DNA from: Eledone cirrhosa
Taxonomy: Eukaryota
Direction of reading: 5' to 3'
Length of the DNA stretch: 64,000 bases
Assembly (NCBI GenBank): GCA_964016885.1
Contig: OZ024741.1
Location: 301,258,001 to 301,322,000, forward strand
Positions 14,828 to 27,596 of this stretch are shown one piece after another. Under the pieces are notes generated by a model, which worked only from the letters and a program-made list of their open reading frames with translations, was not told the origin of the DNA and ran no database searches. Both the position numbers and the translations under genes were made by a program. How positions within the stretch are numbered: position 1 is the first letter of the stretch; the number at the start of each line of letters is the position of its first letter.

Positions 14828-16955
14828 TGAAGTTCTTGTGCATGCAGTTCGGGCAGTGTTCAGAGAGTTTGTTCAGTAGCGGGCCCTTGGCGAATAAAAT
14901 TTCGTAGCTCTCTGAGATACAAAGGTCGCAGCCCTTGTGTCCTCCGTTGTAAGAGCGCGCTCTCTGGAGTATTTTCCATTTAAGCGTGAAGGGGGTGGAG
15001 TTCCTTTTGAGGTACCAAACATAGGAGGCGAGTGTTGTCTGGTTTGATTTGTCCGGTCTTCTGAAGGAGTGTGTATGGGCTTACCAACGTGTCTTAAAGT
15101 TATTGGAGGTCATGCCGATGTAATTTTTTTTTGTTATTGCAATCATTGGTGCCTGAGATGACATCGCATTTGTATACGATATCATTTGTGAGGCATTTGT
15201 TTTCAAGTGGGCATGCTTCCTTATTTAGGCAATTATACAAGGCCCCATTCCGGGGATTGGGTTCGGAGGTGGTTGGCTTATTTAATTTTTTAGAATTGTG
15301 GTTGGCTATATTCCTAGCTAGGTTAGGTGGGGTGGAGTAGAAGAGTATTATTGTGTTCTTATTAAAGATTGTGTGGTACCTATGTTGTATGGGGAAGTGT
15401 AATTTCAGCAAAGTAAAGAAAATCCTAGCTATCGGCGTAGAGACCTCTCTATGGAAGGGAGGGTTGTACCAGCTAATCTGCCTATGCCTATTCCTCCTCT
15501 GCAACCTTGCGGTGGTTTCTAGGTAGGTTATCTTTTCTTTAAATCTGCTGCGGGCGAGGGCGTCATTGTAGTGGGAGGCAGAGGCGTTAAAAATATCTTT
15601 GTTGGCGGAGAAGCCAGATATTCTAATAGAGACGCTTTTTCCTAGGTTATCAGTGATGTTTTGGGGGTGGTTTGAATTAACATTAATATATCTAAGGGAC
15701 TCGTTAGGTTTGTGATACGGGTAATAGAGGGAAGTATCTAGGTAGAGAGTGACATCCAAGAAGTTGGCCCTAGTCAAATTAGATTCTATAGTTATACTAA
15801 ATCCTAGATTAGAGAAGAACGAGCTTAAGTTTTTCCGAAACCCATCGGTGGTTCTGGGGTTAACCTTGTGCAGGGCGAAGAGGCCGTCGTCTCGGTATAA
15901 ACCTCCGGTTAGGCCGGTAAAGAGGTTCTTCAGGTGAATAGGTTCTTCAGGTGATGTAGGATGTACAAGCCCACAAGGTCGCTAATTTCAGCCGATGCTA
16001 ATTTCGCTCCCATGCTAACATCAAATGGGATCTGAGATTTCTTGTTGATCCAGTAAGATCCATCGTGGTATAGAAAGGTCTTACGGGCGTGGAGGATAAT
16101 AACTTGCTCAGCATCGGTAATGGTGGTAAAATTTCTGGCAAAGTTTGTTTGCGTCCTTCAGGAGGGGCTCCGAGATAGAGGCATAGTAGTTTTCTATGTC
16201 GAGTTGCAGGAAGCGAGTGTGGTGTTTGTCGGGTAATTCTTGGAACCAGGATATTGCCTCAGATGTTCTACTCCAGAGTGGGAGTGGTGAGGCAGCCCGC
16301 AATGATGGTAGAACTCTATCCAGGATCTTCTTACTGATAGAACCGATGTCTGAACGAGTGGGGTTGATAAGTCTGACTGATGGTTTGTTAAGGAAGTTTC
16401 CCTTATGGTCCTTCAGGGTAAAGTGCGGGGTCTTTACCCTTAAAGGTTCGGTTCGGTCGTGTCATTTAAGGGACTTGGCGATTTCTTTTCCAGCCGCGTT
16501 TGTCTCAGTCAGTGCCATTTCTATTACCTTTTTGTAGGTGGTCGTGATGGCATTTTTGCCAGCTTATTGTAGGTCTGTGGGTCTACCTCATAAACGTTTT
16601 TGGTTTTATTGGAGGAGACATAAAGATTAGGGGATTTTTTTATATTCCGCAAATCGGCATTTAAGTAGGCCTGGAATGGTGTGGTGGCTCTACGGAATTT
16701 AATATCTTTGATCATCTTGAAGAGGTCTTCTTCAAATGGTTGCAGTAGGCTGTTGGTGGGTGGTGTCTTATTCGTTTTGAAGCCGAACTTCTCATCATTG
16801 GTAGATGCTACATCAGGGTTGTCGAGGAAGAAGGCCCTCCATCTAATTCGCTTGATGAACTCGTCGGTACGTCTCATGAGTGTTTTTAGGTATAGTTTCC
16901 TTGGAGGGATAGGGATGTTCTTCATGGAGACATCAAAGTCGAGTTTGGTCAGCAT
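14828..16955 (-). pseudogene. Naiad-type RT + GIY-YIG ORF, several frameshifts/stops
   Basis: ORF pieces 16524-17051, 16108-16302, 15100-15777 plus hand-translated 14830-15100 (FKTRW*AHTHSF..TTLASYVWYLK..WKIL..CDLC). Confidence 0.9.
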
Positions 16956-17085
16956 AGTTTCTTGATGATGGTTATAAGGGGCACAGAGAGTGCTAAAAGG
17001 TACGTTATTCCGGGTTGAATCGGAGGTAACCACAGTAAGTAAGGTACTCAATAAATTGCAGAGTATAAAAGTTTTAATATAGATG

Positions 17086-17136
17086 AGATTCTACAGGACT
17101 AGAACTGTTTCATTCTTTAGAAATCATCAGGAATCT
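17086..17136 (-). ncRNA. Type I hammerhead ribozyme of 5' pLTR
   Basis: agattc-CTGATGA-tttctaaagaat-GAAA-cagttctagtcctg-TA-gaatct; GUA cleavage site. Confidence 0.8.
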
Positions 17137-17299
17137 GGGTATCAAAAAATAAGTATGGTATTATAGGTCTCCTCAAGTGGTAGGAGAGGGTAGGGATTGG
17201 GATGGGTGTAGGTCATTGGTTGATATAATACATATAATAGAGAGGGTGCATGCGAAACAGCTTAAAAAATACATGGCATCTATATAACTGTTAAAAAAG

Positions 17300-19700
17300 C
17301 GTTATTAATAACTCTGGAAAACCTAAAGCTGTTGAGTGCTTCCAATCTATTGCAAAACTCATTCTTTGATTTATTCATTGAACCTTGTTTAACTTTTAAA
17401 TATATCTAGCTCCCAGCATGTTGAGTGTTTTCTCTACAATAGATTGCATATTTAATAAATAATGGAATTCTTCACCTTCCCGACATCTCTCAAGTATATA
17501 CCTATACCATCTAATGAAGAATACATGGGGAAACTTATAGAACAAACAAACTCTTTTATAAGAACAGTGAGATGGCGCGCATTTCATTTCGATAATAAAG
17601 AAGCTAAAAAAAACCAACAGCAATTATTTCGAAACTATCTTTAAATCCAGAAAGAATCCTTCATACAACAAACTCCTGGAGGATTTTGAAACCGAAATGC
17701 TCAATATACATAAGAAAATTAAATTCAGGAAAAGCCCATATATAGGTCACCAGTACCTTAGAACTTTAAAAGAAAAAATCTCGGATATAAAAAAGTGCAT
17801 AAAATATTGGTAAAATCTGACAAAATAAATAATTTATATGGGATAAATAAAGAAGAATATAATGATTTGATTTTAAAAGAACTAAGGAAAAATTATAAAA
17901 AAAGTCCCGGCTGAAGATCTTACAGACATCAATAATGATGCATATAAATAAATTGGAAAATTAGGAATTGAAAGAAGAACCGAGCCTCTTATATCTAGAC
18001 AGCCGAGGATTAATTTTAAAGATCACAAAAGACACTTGGAGGAAGACCTGCCAGTTAGACTGATTGCTCCATCTAAATCGGATATTGGAGTAATCAGTAA
18101 GAATATTATTGATAGAATTCTACCTATTTTGAAATTGCGGTCTAAATTGGGCTTGTGGAAGGACACGGGTGAAGTGATTGATTGGTATAAGAATATAGAT
18201 GATAAGAAAAACCATAAATTCATCCAGATGGACATAACAAGCTATTACTCTTCCATTACGCCTAACCTACTAAATAAGGCTTTATCCTACGCTTACAAAC
18301 ATACAGATCTAACTACAGATGAAATCGATATCATATTAACTGCTTGAACTCTAATTAGTTTCAACAATGAATATTGGACCCGCTCAGATAGAAATAGAAA
18401 CTTAGACATTACCATGGGATCATCGGACTCAGCGCAAGTCACGGATCTTCTGGGGATTTTCATCTTAAATATGATAAATGGAAAACTGCCGGAGATTACC
18501 GGTGGTTTATATAGGGACGATATTTTATTTACGGTTGTTAAACACAGAAATACAGAACTAAATAGGGTAAAGAAAAATATAGTTGAATTCTTTAAAAATT
18601 ACGACCTTAAATTAGAGGTAGAATGTGGTACCAAAATAGTTAATTTCCTTGATGTTACCCTTAACTTAAACTCTGGTTTTTATTACCCTTTCCATAAGCC
18701 CAATGAAAACTTAAATTACGTTAGTTATTACTCTAATCACCCTAAATCTGTGAAAAATGCAATTGTCAATAGTGTACAGAAACGCATAACTAGAATATCT
18801 GCCAATAAATCAATATTTGATGAAAAAGCAGGATATTACAATGATGCGCTAAGAAAGGTATGTTATAAAAATAATATAGAATATATAGACAATAATAATT
18901 CGAATCTTAATCCTGATAAAAATAATAATAATATGTCCGGCATGTATAAACGAAATTCTAAAAATTATAATTCAAACACCTGTACTGTGAATAAATCGGG
19001 TGAAAGAACCAGAACTAAATCAGTTATATGGTTTGCCCCCCCTCCTCTGCTTCTGTGGCAGTAAGAACACCAATAGCTAATCTATTCTTTAAGGCTTTAG
19101 ATAATTCCTTCCCTAGTCAACATAAATACCGTTCCATATTTAATAGACAAACAATTAAGCTTTCTTATTCTACAACTATGAATATGGCCCAAAACATCGC
19201 TAAACTAAATAGTAGAATTATAAACCAAAATCAGCATAATGATGTTAATAATAGTGTTAATATAAATAATAATAAATCGAAATGTAATTGTAGAAATAAA
19301 CCAGATTGCCCTCTGCAAAATAATTGTCTGGATAGAAATTTGGTGTATAAATGCACCGTAAAAACAAATAATAACACATAGGGGAACTTCTTCGACATTT
19401 AAATCGAGATTTTCAAATCACAAATACTCGTAGGAAGGCTTCGACTTTTTTATCACAACTTATATGGTCATTAAAAGACAAAAATTTAAAATACTAGATT
19501 TTTTGGACGAAGCTTTGTAGTAGTAGAATATACTCGAACTCGTCTATGTCAACTAACTGCAACCTCTGCACAAAGGAGACCCTATTAATAATTAATAATT
19601 ATGAAAACTTAATTAACAAAAAAAGTTAATTATTCTCAAACTTCCTTCATAAAGCTTTGTCTACATTCCAAGCCTCGAAAAAAGTCAGGAAAAAACACTA
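17300..19700 (+). mobile_element. Near full-length Naiad-type PLE (partial 5' pLTR ~17300-17400, decayed ORF from 17462)
   Basis: SLKYIPIP..FIRTVRWRAFHF, RLIAPSKSDIG, MDITSYYSSI, GGLYRDD, VNFLDVT, CNCRNKPDCPLQNNC, CNLC; paralogue of 9006-10918; 17300-17400 matches 43920-44022. Confidence 0.92.
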
Positions 19701-20565
19701 AACAAACAGGTTTTAATTTTTGACGTCTCTTATCAACTGTTGGACCTAAAATGTTATAACAGTTTATAAAACTTTAATAATACTTTATCTTCTAATCATT
19801 TATGATAGAATTAATGTTAGAATGAAGGATCCTGTTTAGGTATATAAACATATTATTTGTTAACTTGTTCGCTTGATAAATATACACACCTTTGGATTAT
19901 TTTAGATATTTATAATTTAGATTCGGATTTTTATATATTTGTATCTGTTTTAAATATTTAATTTGGATATTTAACTTGTAAGATTACCGCTTATAATTAA
20001 ACCGTAGATCATTCATGCATTTATATATTTTACTCACTTCGGGTATGTGTTGGGACTCAGAAAGTTAGATTTTCACATATATATTTTTATATATATCTAG
20101 CTATAAATATAACAAACCATACTAATCGACAAATATTGGTCTCTCTTTCCACTGAACTGGAGGTAAAACTACAATTATAGCATTACTAATAATGCTTGTA
20201 ATTATCTATTTATTATATGTATATCGTTTCACTAATACCTATAATACTCTCTCTATATAGTTGTACAAATATGTTTATCTAGTGTAATAACATGCTCGTA
20301 GTTACATTTATAAGTAATTTAGATACTCAACTGACTCTCTAGTGTTATAAGTGTTAGATATTCCCTTGATGTTCGAAATTATATAATGATTATTACTTAA
20401 TTTAATTTAATTTACTTTATTTTAATTAAATTTAGATTACCTTCGGCTTTTTCAAATCTTTAGCTCCTCTTTCTATCACATTCGCTGGGCATTTTAGAAG
20501 TATCTTTTGTCTACTATATATTAAAACCCTCTTGCATTTTAAACTATATTATTAATATTGGGCAT

Positions 20566-20743
20566 GGATTGGCAGTATCGGTAGAGGGTCGGACGCCATG
20601 CTTTCCAGCTTAGTTACGTCCCTTTACGATCTGAGTTCAAATCCCGCCGAGGTTGACTTTGCCTTTCATCCTTACGGGGTCGATAAAATAAAGTACCAGT
20701 AATGCACTGGGTAATTGCTGGCCTTGTGCCTAAAGTAGAAACA
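20566..20743 (+). mobile_element. tRNA-derived SINE with 18-bp TSD
   Basis: Same family as 11345; TSD attattaatattgggcat at 20548-20565 and 20744-20761. Confidence 0.88.
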
Positions 20744-21643
20744 ATTATTAATATTGGGCATTTTTATGTTTCGCAAACAATTCATTATTTTTTCACTTTT
20801 TATTTTGTATTTAGCCCTTGTCCATAGGACTCATGTAGTTTTGACTTATATATTTATAGTATATATATATTAAATGTTCCTTATACAATAATTGATCTAA
20901 AACATTAATTTTTAACAATATTTTCAGTAACTTATTTACTATATTGTATTATGTTATGTATATTTGAAAGGTATCATCTTAAGTCTTTAGACAATATAAT
21001 CTTCGTGTATTTTTGATAAACACATATATGTAATTTAAAATTCAGACCTCTTTAAGTTTAATTATAAGGCCTGTTGATCCTTTAGGCACTCAAATTGTTA
21101 AACATAAATTCTTTAAAAATTAAACTGTAATTATTTTCTAATTTATATTATTTAAACTGTTGTCAATATTATAAATAATTTTGGTAAAGTTTACCTTCGT
21201 GAGGTTGTAAAAACATTATGTTTTCTTGCTCGTGTTTGTAAATCCTTTAAATTTGATTTCATAAAATTTGATTTTAGAAATTAAATTTGATAGTATACGT
21301 TAATATTAATACGGATGCCTACTAACTTTTAAAACCTAAAATATTATTCATTACTCTGAACTAACTTAAATTAAATATTTTGAATATTAATGGTCAACCA
21401 AATAAGTTTAGATATATATAGTATATATGGATAATTGTCTGAAAACTTGAACATAAATTATTCCTCTTTGTCTCTCTCTCTGTAAACACCTCTCTTTTGT
21501 TTTTCAAGACCCTTACTAACTATATTATCCCATCAGCTGTTTCTTCTTCTATGCTTTCCTTTCTTTCCTCTTTCTTCAGTAATTTAAATTGTTTTAACAG
21601 TTATATTAATGCCATGTATTTTAAAAGCTGTCTCGCACGTGTA

Positions 21644-21790
<147 letters not shown>

Positions 21791-21899
21791 ACACACACAT
21801 ATACACATACATAATCATATACATAAACAAATACACACACACATACATATATACACATACATGCATTCAATGAAGTACGTTATACATGTGGAAAAAGCA

Positions 21900-22138
21900 G
21901 ATAGGTAAGAAGTACTTACATAACCATCGTACCGAGTGGTGGGTCGAGATGGGTGTAGGGGTAGGGTGTTATGGAGGAGGAGGGATATTTTGACGAGTGG
22001 GGTTTTTTTAAAAAGGAAATTTTTAAAGCCATCTGGCATCAACACTAGCTTAAGATATTAGAAAGTTGCAAAGTTTTTGTGCATGCAATTCGGGCAGTGA
22101 TCGGAGAGTTTGTTCAGTATCGGGCCCTTGGCGAATAG
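21900..22138 (-). mobile_element. 3' fragment of a Naiad-type PLE
   Basis: 22070-22136 is homologous to 14830-14895 (FAKGPILNKLSDHCPNCMHKNF). Confidence 0.75.
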
Positions 22139-23172
22139 TATTATATATATATGTATATATATGTATATTTCACTATATTCACAACTTGCAGTGCATTCAC
22201 TTACCCGTCGTTTCTCCTATCCTTCATTCATTTTCGTACATGTCTTTCTCTTAAAAATGATGCGTTATGTTTCAGAAATGTTTCAGAGCTCCTAATCGTA
22301 TCAGATGTTATGAATTCTCTAATTTTATGTGACATTTTTATTTTTATTTTTTTTTGTTTTCCGTTTTTTTGTTTTATAATCATAAAAAAAGGCATTTAAT
22401 AAGAAGCATTCGTTTTCCTTAGAATATGATATGACGATATAATGTCGTAAGAAAAGACATTGAAGCCAAACACATTCCAAACTGGTTATTCAATGCCTTT
22501 AATATGATATTTCATCTCCGAAGGCTAGATTGCATATTTTCCAAACGTTTTGTCTTATAACAAGCATATGGGAATTGTCTCATTAGTGTTAGAAGGAATA
22601 AAACCAAATTTTAAGTATGCCCGTCAGTATTGCTGTTATTTTCCCAATATTTAGATATGTGTGTGTTGCTTCTGGCCATAGTGGTTTCAATACTATATAC
22701 GAATAATTTCCTTTATAATGCTGTTTTAACACAAGGCAACAGAAACCTACTCATTTTTAGATGATGAAGTGAAGGGTTCTTTAAAGCGTAAGTTAAATTG
22801 CCATGTAGTATTTGTTTAGCCTTCTGCTTTGGAAGTTCTAAACCTCGCGAGATTACTGTAGCGTTTCATTCTTTCGAGCTCGGTAAAATGAAATACCAAT
22901 CAAGAGTTGTGGCTCGGTGGAACTATTAGAGATCCGACCGAGACGCCATTCCGTAGTTTTAGCAGTTCTTTGCTTTCTTACTTTAAAAATCCTTTTAGCC
23001 TTATACTTCACTACTAAGAATAACTGCATCTTTTGTGTCTCTGTATGTGTATGTATATATATATATAAATGGAAAAGAATGAAACGAATTTTCATTTCTC
23101 ACTCTTAGTACGGCTGATACTTAAATGTAAGTATGTATACGTACATACATATATGTACGCAGACGTACAGTA

Positions 23173-23229
<57 letters not shown>

Positions 23230-23474
23230 CATCCACATATATATATATATATATGTACATATGGGTTTACCGAACATTTATTATAATATTCGGTTTGTTT
23301 GTAAACAAACAGCCCGAATTACGCCGTACAGTGTTCGGCAACCATCGTCGCCTCATTGTTCAACACTGACACAGGAACGATGTACTAGTTTCAAGCTTAT
23401 TAGCTATCGTCAACATCGTATACCTTCCTGTCAGATGGTTGTATATAATATATTGTATATATATATATATATAT

Positions 23475-23546
<72 letters not shown>

Positions 23547-23549
<3 letters not shown>

Positions 23550-24133
23550 CAAATAGATAGCAGAGTTAAATACTCGTATCAATACCCTGTAATTAATGAG
23601 CTCAAAGTATAAAAACCGAACACTTTATAATATAATATATAGAAATAAACACAGAAAGATTTGTGTTTAGAATTATAAGTGCAGAAAAACCACTTTGGTG
23701 CGATGTATATAATCTCTGAACAAACGGAAAATACATAATAACCGGAAAAATTTGAAATAAAATGTACTAAGTTTCAATAACTATTAAACTCCTTCAAAAA
23801 GTACAGATAGAGTTTGTTTATGACCGTTGTTGAGAAGCCCTAGGACTATCTGTTACAGACACTAATTTTACGGTGAAGCAAACTATGTCTGTAGTTTGTC
23901 CTGGAGTTCAATAGTTATTGAAACTGTTAGTACATTTTAATTCAACTTTTTCCGGTTATTATGTATTTTCCGTTTATTCAGAGATTATATACATCGCACC
24001 AAAGTGGTTTTTCAGCACCTGAAATTTTAAACACACATCTTTCTGTGTTTATTTCTATATATTATATTATAAAGTGTTCGGTTTTTATACTTCGGATATT
24101 GATACGAGTATTTAACTCTGCTATCTATTTGAT
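23547..24133 (+). mobile_element. Fold-back pLTR element (inverted partial pLTR + pLTR) between (TA)n tracts
   Basis: 23547-23790 is the reverse complement of ~23903-24133; interior has HHR-like motif 23822-23905; second copy at 33008-33505. Confidence 0.8.
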
Positions 24134-24275
24134 TATATATATATATATATATATTGGTAAACGGAATAGAAAATGCTGACAAATTGTTCACAGTTGAAAA
24201 ATGGTTTAATTAGGAATAAAAGAGTATTAGTGATTGTATGGGTTAGTATTCAGTTGTGGTTTTAAATTTTTAAGT

Positions 24276-24312
24276 TTTTACCGGTTGCGCATTTCTAAAT
24301 GCTTTTCAAAAA
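24276..24312 (-). ncRNA. Atypical hammerhead-like motif in the pLTR (also 29056-29092 on -, 30081-30117 on +)
   Basis: ttt-TTGAAAA-gcattt-ag-aaatgc-GCAA-ccgg-TA-aaa: U3:A8 core variant, GCAA instead of GAAA in all three copies. Confidence 0.5.
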
Positions 24313-24629
24313 TAATTTTGAGATAGAGTGTCCGTGCTGTTTGCTCTGATCTGATTAGTTTTGGGAATTCTACCTGTTTTTATGTTAAATAAAGTGGCTC
24401 CAGCGTTACATTGGTGTTGCAAAATTTCTTGTGGTCAAAACAATTTTGATTGGTCGGTAGAGGTCATGTGAGTGTAAAAAATTGATTTTGCGCCAAGACT
24501 GTTTTTATGTTAAAAAACTGGCTCCAGCAACAATTCTTGTGGTCAAAACAATTTTGATTGGTCGGTAGAGGTCAAGTGAATAAAAAATTGGTTTTGCGCC
24601 AAGATTGAGAAATGACTCTTTCACAACAA

Positions 24630-24752
<123 letters not shown>

Positions 24753-24828
24753 TGTGTAGTAGTAGTAGTAAGGTGTTCGATGTTGTGATAATGGTTAGCA
24801 GCGATGTGTGTCAAATGGCTATTGAGAT

Positions 24829-24871
<43 letters not shown>

Positions 24872-25092
24872 AGTCTCTTTGTATGTTGATGTACGCGTGT
24901 GTATGTGTGTGTGTATATATATGTGTGTGTGTGTGTGTGGGTGGACCAGTATTTTTTCCCCCTGGTAAAATGGTGTACATTATTCGATTTTTTCAGTAAA
25001 ATCGGTTCTCTTAATAGAACATCAAAAATCTTAACAATAAAAGGTGTGAAATGATATTCACTATATATATATACACGCATACATATATTCAC

Positions 25093-25132
<40 letters not shown>

Positions 25133-25282
25133 TACATATATATACACATATATATGCACATATATTTTTTTGTGTTGCACCATAGAGCATGTGTGTTTAC
25201 GTATGTCATTGTGTTTATATGTGGGTAGAGATGTGTTCTGATGTAGGTATGTATGTTGACGTGTGTATGTTGTGGGTTCGTC

Positions 25283-27596
25283 TTAGGGAGAAGTGTTTAG
25301 ACGGGGTCCGTATTTGTTAATGAAGTAAGATTCCTTGCTGATGCGCTGGGTGTGGGTGGCATTATCTTTAACTTTGTAGAGGGGAAAGATTCTGAAGTTG
25401 GGATGATTTTGGGCGGCACAGGTATCAATGTGTTCACTCAGTGGTATTTTCCTGTATTCCCGTATTTTAATTTGGGATCTATGGACAGTCATGCGTTGGC
25501 GGAGGCTGTTTTTGGTCTGGCCTATGTATTGTTCTCGACAACCTGAACAAGTTAATACATATATTAGATTTTCCGATGCACATGTGAAATTCTGTTTTAC
25601 TATAAAACGTTGTCCATCTTTGAAATAGAATTCCGAACCCTCTATTAGGTTGATGCAAATGCCACAGTTGGGTCTATCGCAATTTTTTTACTGTGGGTTT
25701 CGTTGTTGTGGTTGGCAGTACTTTGGCATGTGTTAAGATGTTTTTCATTGACTTGGATTGTCTTTTGCTCTTTATGATATCGTGTGTTCGTAGAATTTGG
25801 TTCATTCTATGGTCCTTTTTCAATACAGGGATGTTCTGGAGGATGGTGTCAAAGGCCTCATTGTTGAGGGGGTTGTGTGTGGAGATGTATGGAAGAGCTT
25901 TTAGTTTTGGTTGATTTACTTTAGTCCTGGGTACTGAGTTTTAGGGCACGTTGGATTCCGTTGTCAATTAGTGATGCAGGGTAGTCCCTGCCTATGAGTG
26001 TGTCCTTTAGTTCTTGTAGCCGTAAGTAGCAGATGTTTTTATTGGAGACTATAGTACAGATTCTCTTGGCTAAGTTGTAGGGAATATTAATTTTAACGTG
26101 TCTAGGGTGGCAAGAGTTGAAGGGGAGATATTGCTTGGAGTCTGTCGGCTTGTAGTATATGTCTGTTTCTATTTTTTGTTATGGATCTTAATGAGGATGT
26201 CGAGGAAGGGGAGTTGTTGATGGCTGTATTCCATCGCGAAGTTAACATTTGTGTTGAGCCCATTTATAAGGGTGTGAAATTCTTTAAGTCTTTCGATGTT
26301 TTCGTGCCAAAGGATGAAGCAGTCATCTAGATATCGCTTCCAATTCCTTTCAATGTGTAAGTGGAGGGTGTTTCCAAATTTGTTTAGGATTTTAGTGTAG
26401 AGGGTGATTTCCAGGTATCCCATGACTAGGTTGGCATAAGTGGGGGCTGTTTTCGTTCCCATAGCGGTCCCAGATTTCTGCCTGTAGGGTTTGTTATTGA
26501 AAACGAAGTAATTGTTCTCCAAGATAAATTTGAGTCCCTCTATCACGAATTCTTTTTTGATGCGTTGTGGGAGTTCATTGTGGAAATTATCCAGCCAGAA
26601 TTGGATAGCTTCTATTCCTAGGTTGTGGGGGATGTTGGAGTATAGGTTGACTACATCGAACGTCACTAGTAGGGTTTGTTCAGGAAGTGGCATATTAGGG
26701 AGGTGATTGAGCATATCTAGGTCGTCCCTTATATAGCTTTTGATGTGCTTGAGGAAGGGTTTGAGAAGGGTATCAATGAAGTTGCTAAGACGGTGCGTTT
26801 CGCAAGCGGTGCCTGCTATTATAGGTCTTAATTTGAGATCATTGGGTGAGGGGACATTGATGACTATGTCTGTGACTTCCTTGCATGCCTTACTTATTGA
26901 TTCGCTTTTATGTACTTTAGGGATACCGTAGAAAAGGCTGGATTTACTTGTGAAGTCTGTGATGAAGCTGAATTCCTTGTTAGTGAGTCCTTCTTTGTAT
27001 TGGTTGATTAGAGTTTTTAGGTTTCTCATAATTTTCTCTTGATTGTAGTGTTCAGCCTTTTCGTAGTATGTTTCGTTTTCCAAAGTGGAGAGCGCTAAGT
27101 TGATATAGAATTCTGTCTCCATTAGGACTACTGTACTCCCTTTACCAGCCTCTTTAATTGTAATGGTTCTGTCGGTTTTTAATCTATTTAATTCTTCCCA
27201 TTCTTTCTTGTTGAGGTTTGGCTTGTGTGTTTGTCTGTGCAAGTGTTGGTAATGGAAGTTTGTGATGTGTTCACAGAATTCGTCCAGGATTTTATTTCTA
27301 CCTTTTGAAGGGGTGTAATTGCTTCTATTTCTGGCTAATGATTCATCCTCATTGTACTGGTCGAATAGTTGTTCACTAAGTCGTAACTTTCTACAGAAGT
27401 CTGTGATGTCTTCCTTCATTTCATAGTAGTTAGGACGTAGTGGGGTCGGTGTGAATTTAAGACCTTTGGAGAGTAAGTTGATAAGGTTGGGTGTTGGTCC
27501 TGCACTAGTAAGATTGATAATTTTTATTACTATCGGTTTCTCCTCCCTGTCTTGTGTTATTTTGTTTGCCCGTATCTGTGTGCTGTGTCTAAAAAA
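25283..27596 (-). pseudogene. PLE ORF2: reverse transcriptase + Cys linker + GIY-YIG endonuclease (few disablements)
   Basis: IINLT..LLSKGLKFTPTP, IKEAGKGS, FYGIPKVHK, LRPIIAG, FDVVNLYSNI, QKSGTAMGT, RYLDD, LPFLD; hand translation gives CDRPNCGIC..NLIYVLTCSGCREQYIGQT..RQRMTVH. Confidence 0.93.

Larger units (their letters stand above)
13501..17224 (-). mobile_element. Near full-length Naiad-type PLE with two direct pLTRs (13501-13725, 17001-17224)
   Basis: Direct repeats 3500 bp apart; ORF remnants SMKNIPIP..RIRWRAFF..FGFKT, LDIENYYASI, GGLYRDD, NFLDVT, WYNPP, CLNKEACPLENKC, CDLCISE..LLNKLSEHCPNCMH; 3' end joins (TA)n at 13500. Confidence 0.92.

Noticed and set aside
24375-24605. Repeat arrays as CRISPR
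   Set aside because: Only 2-3 tandem units without unique spacers; eukaryotic context, no cas genes
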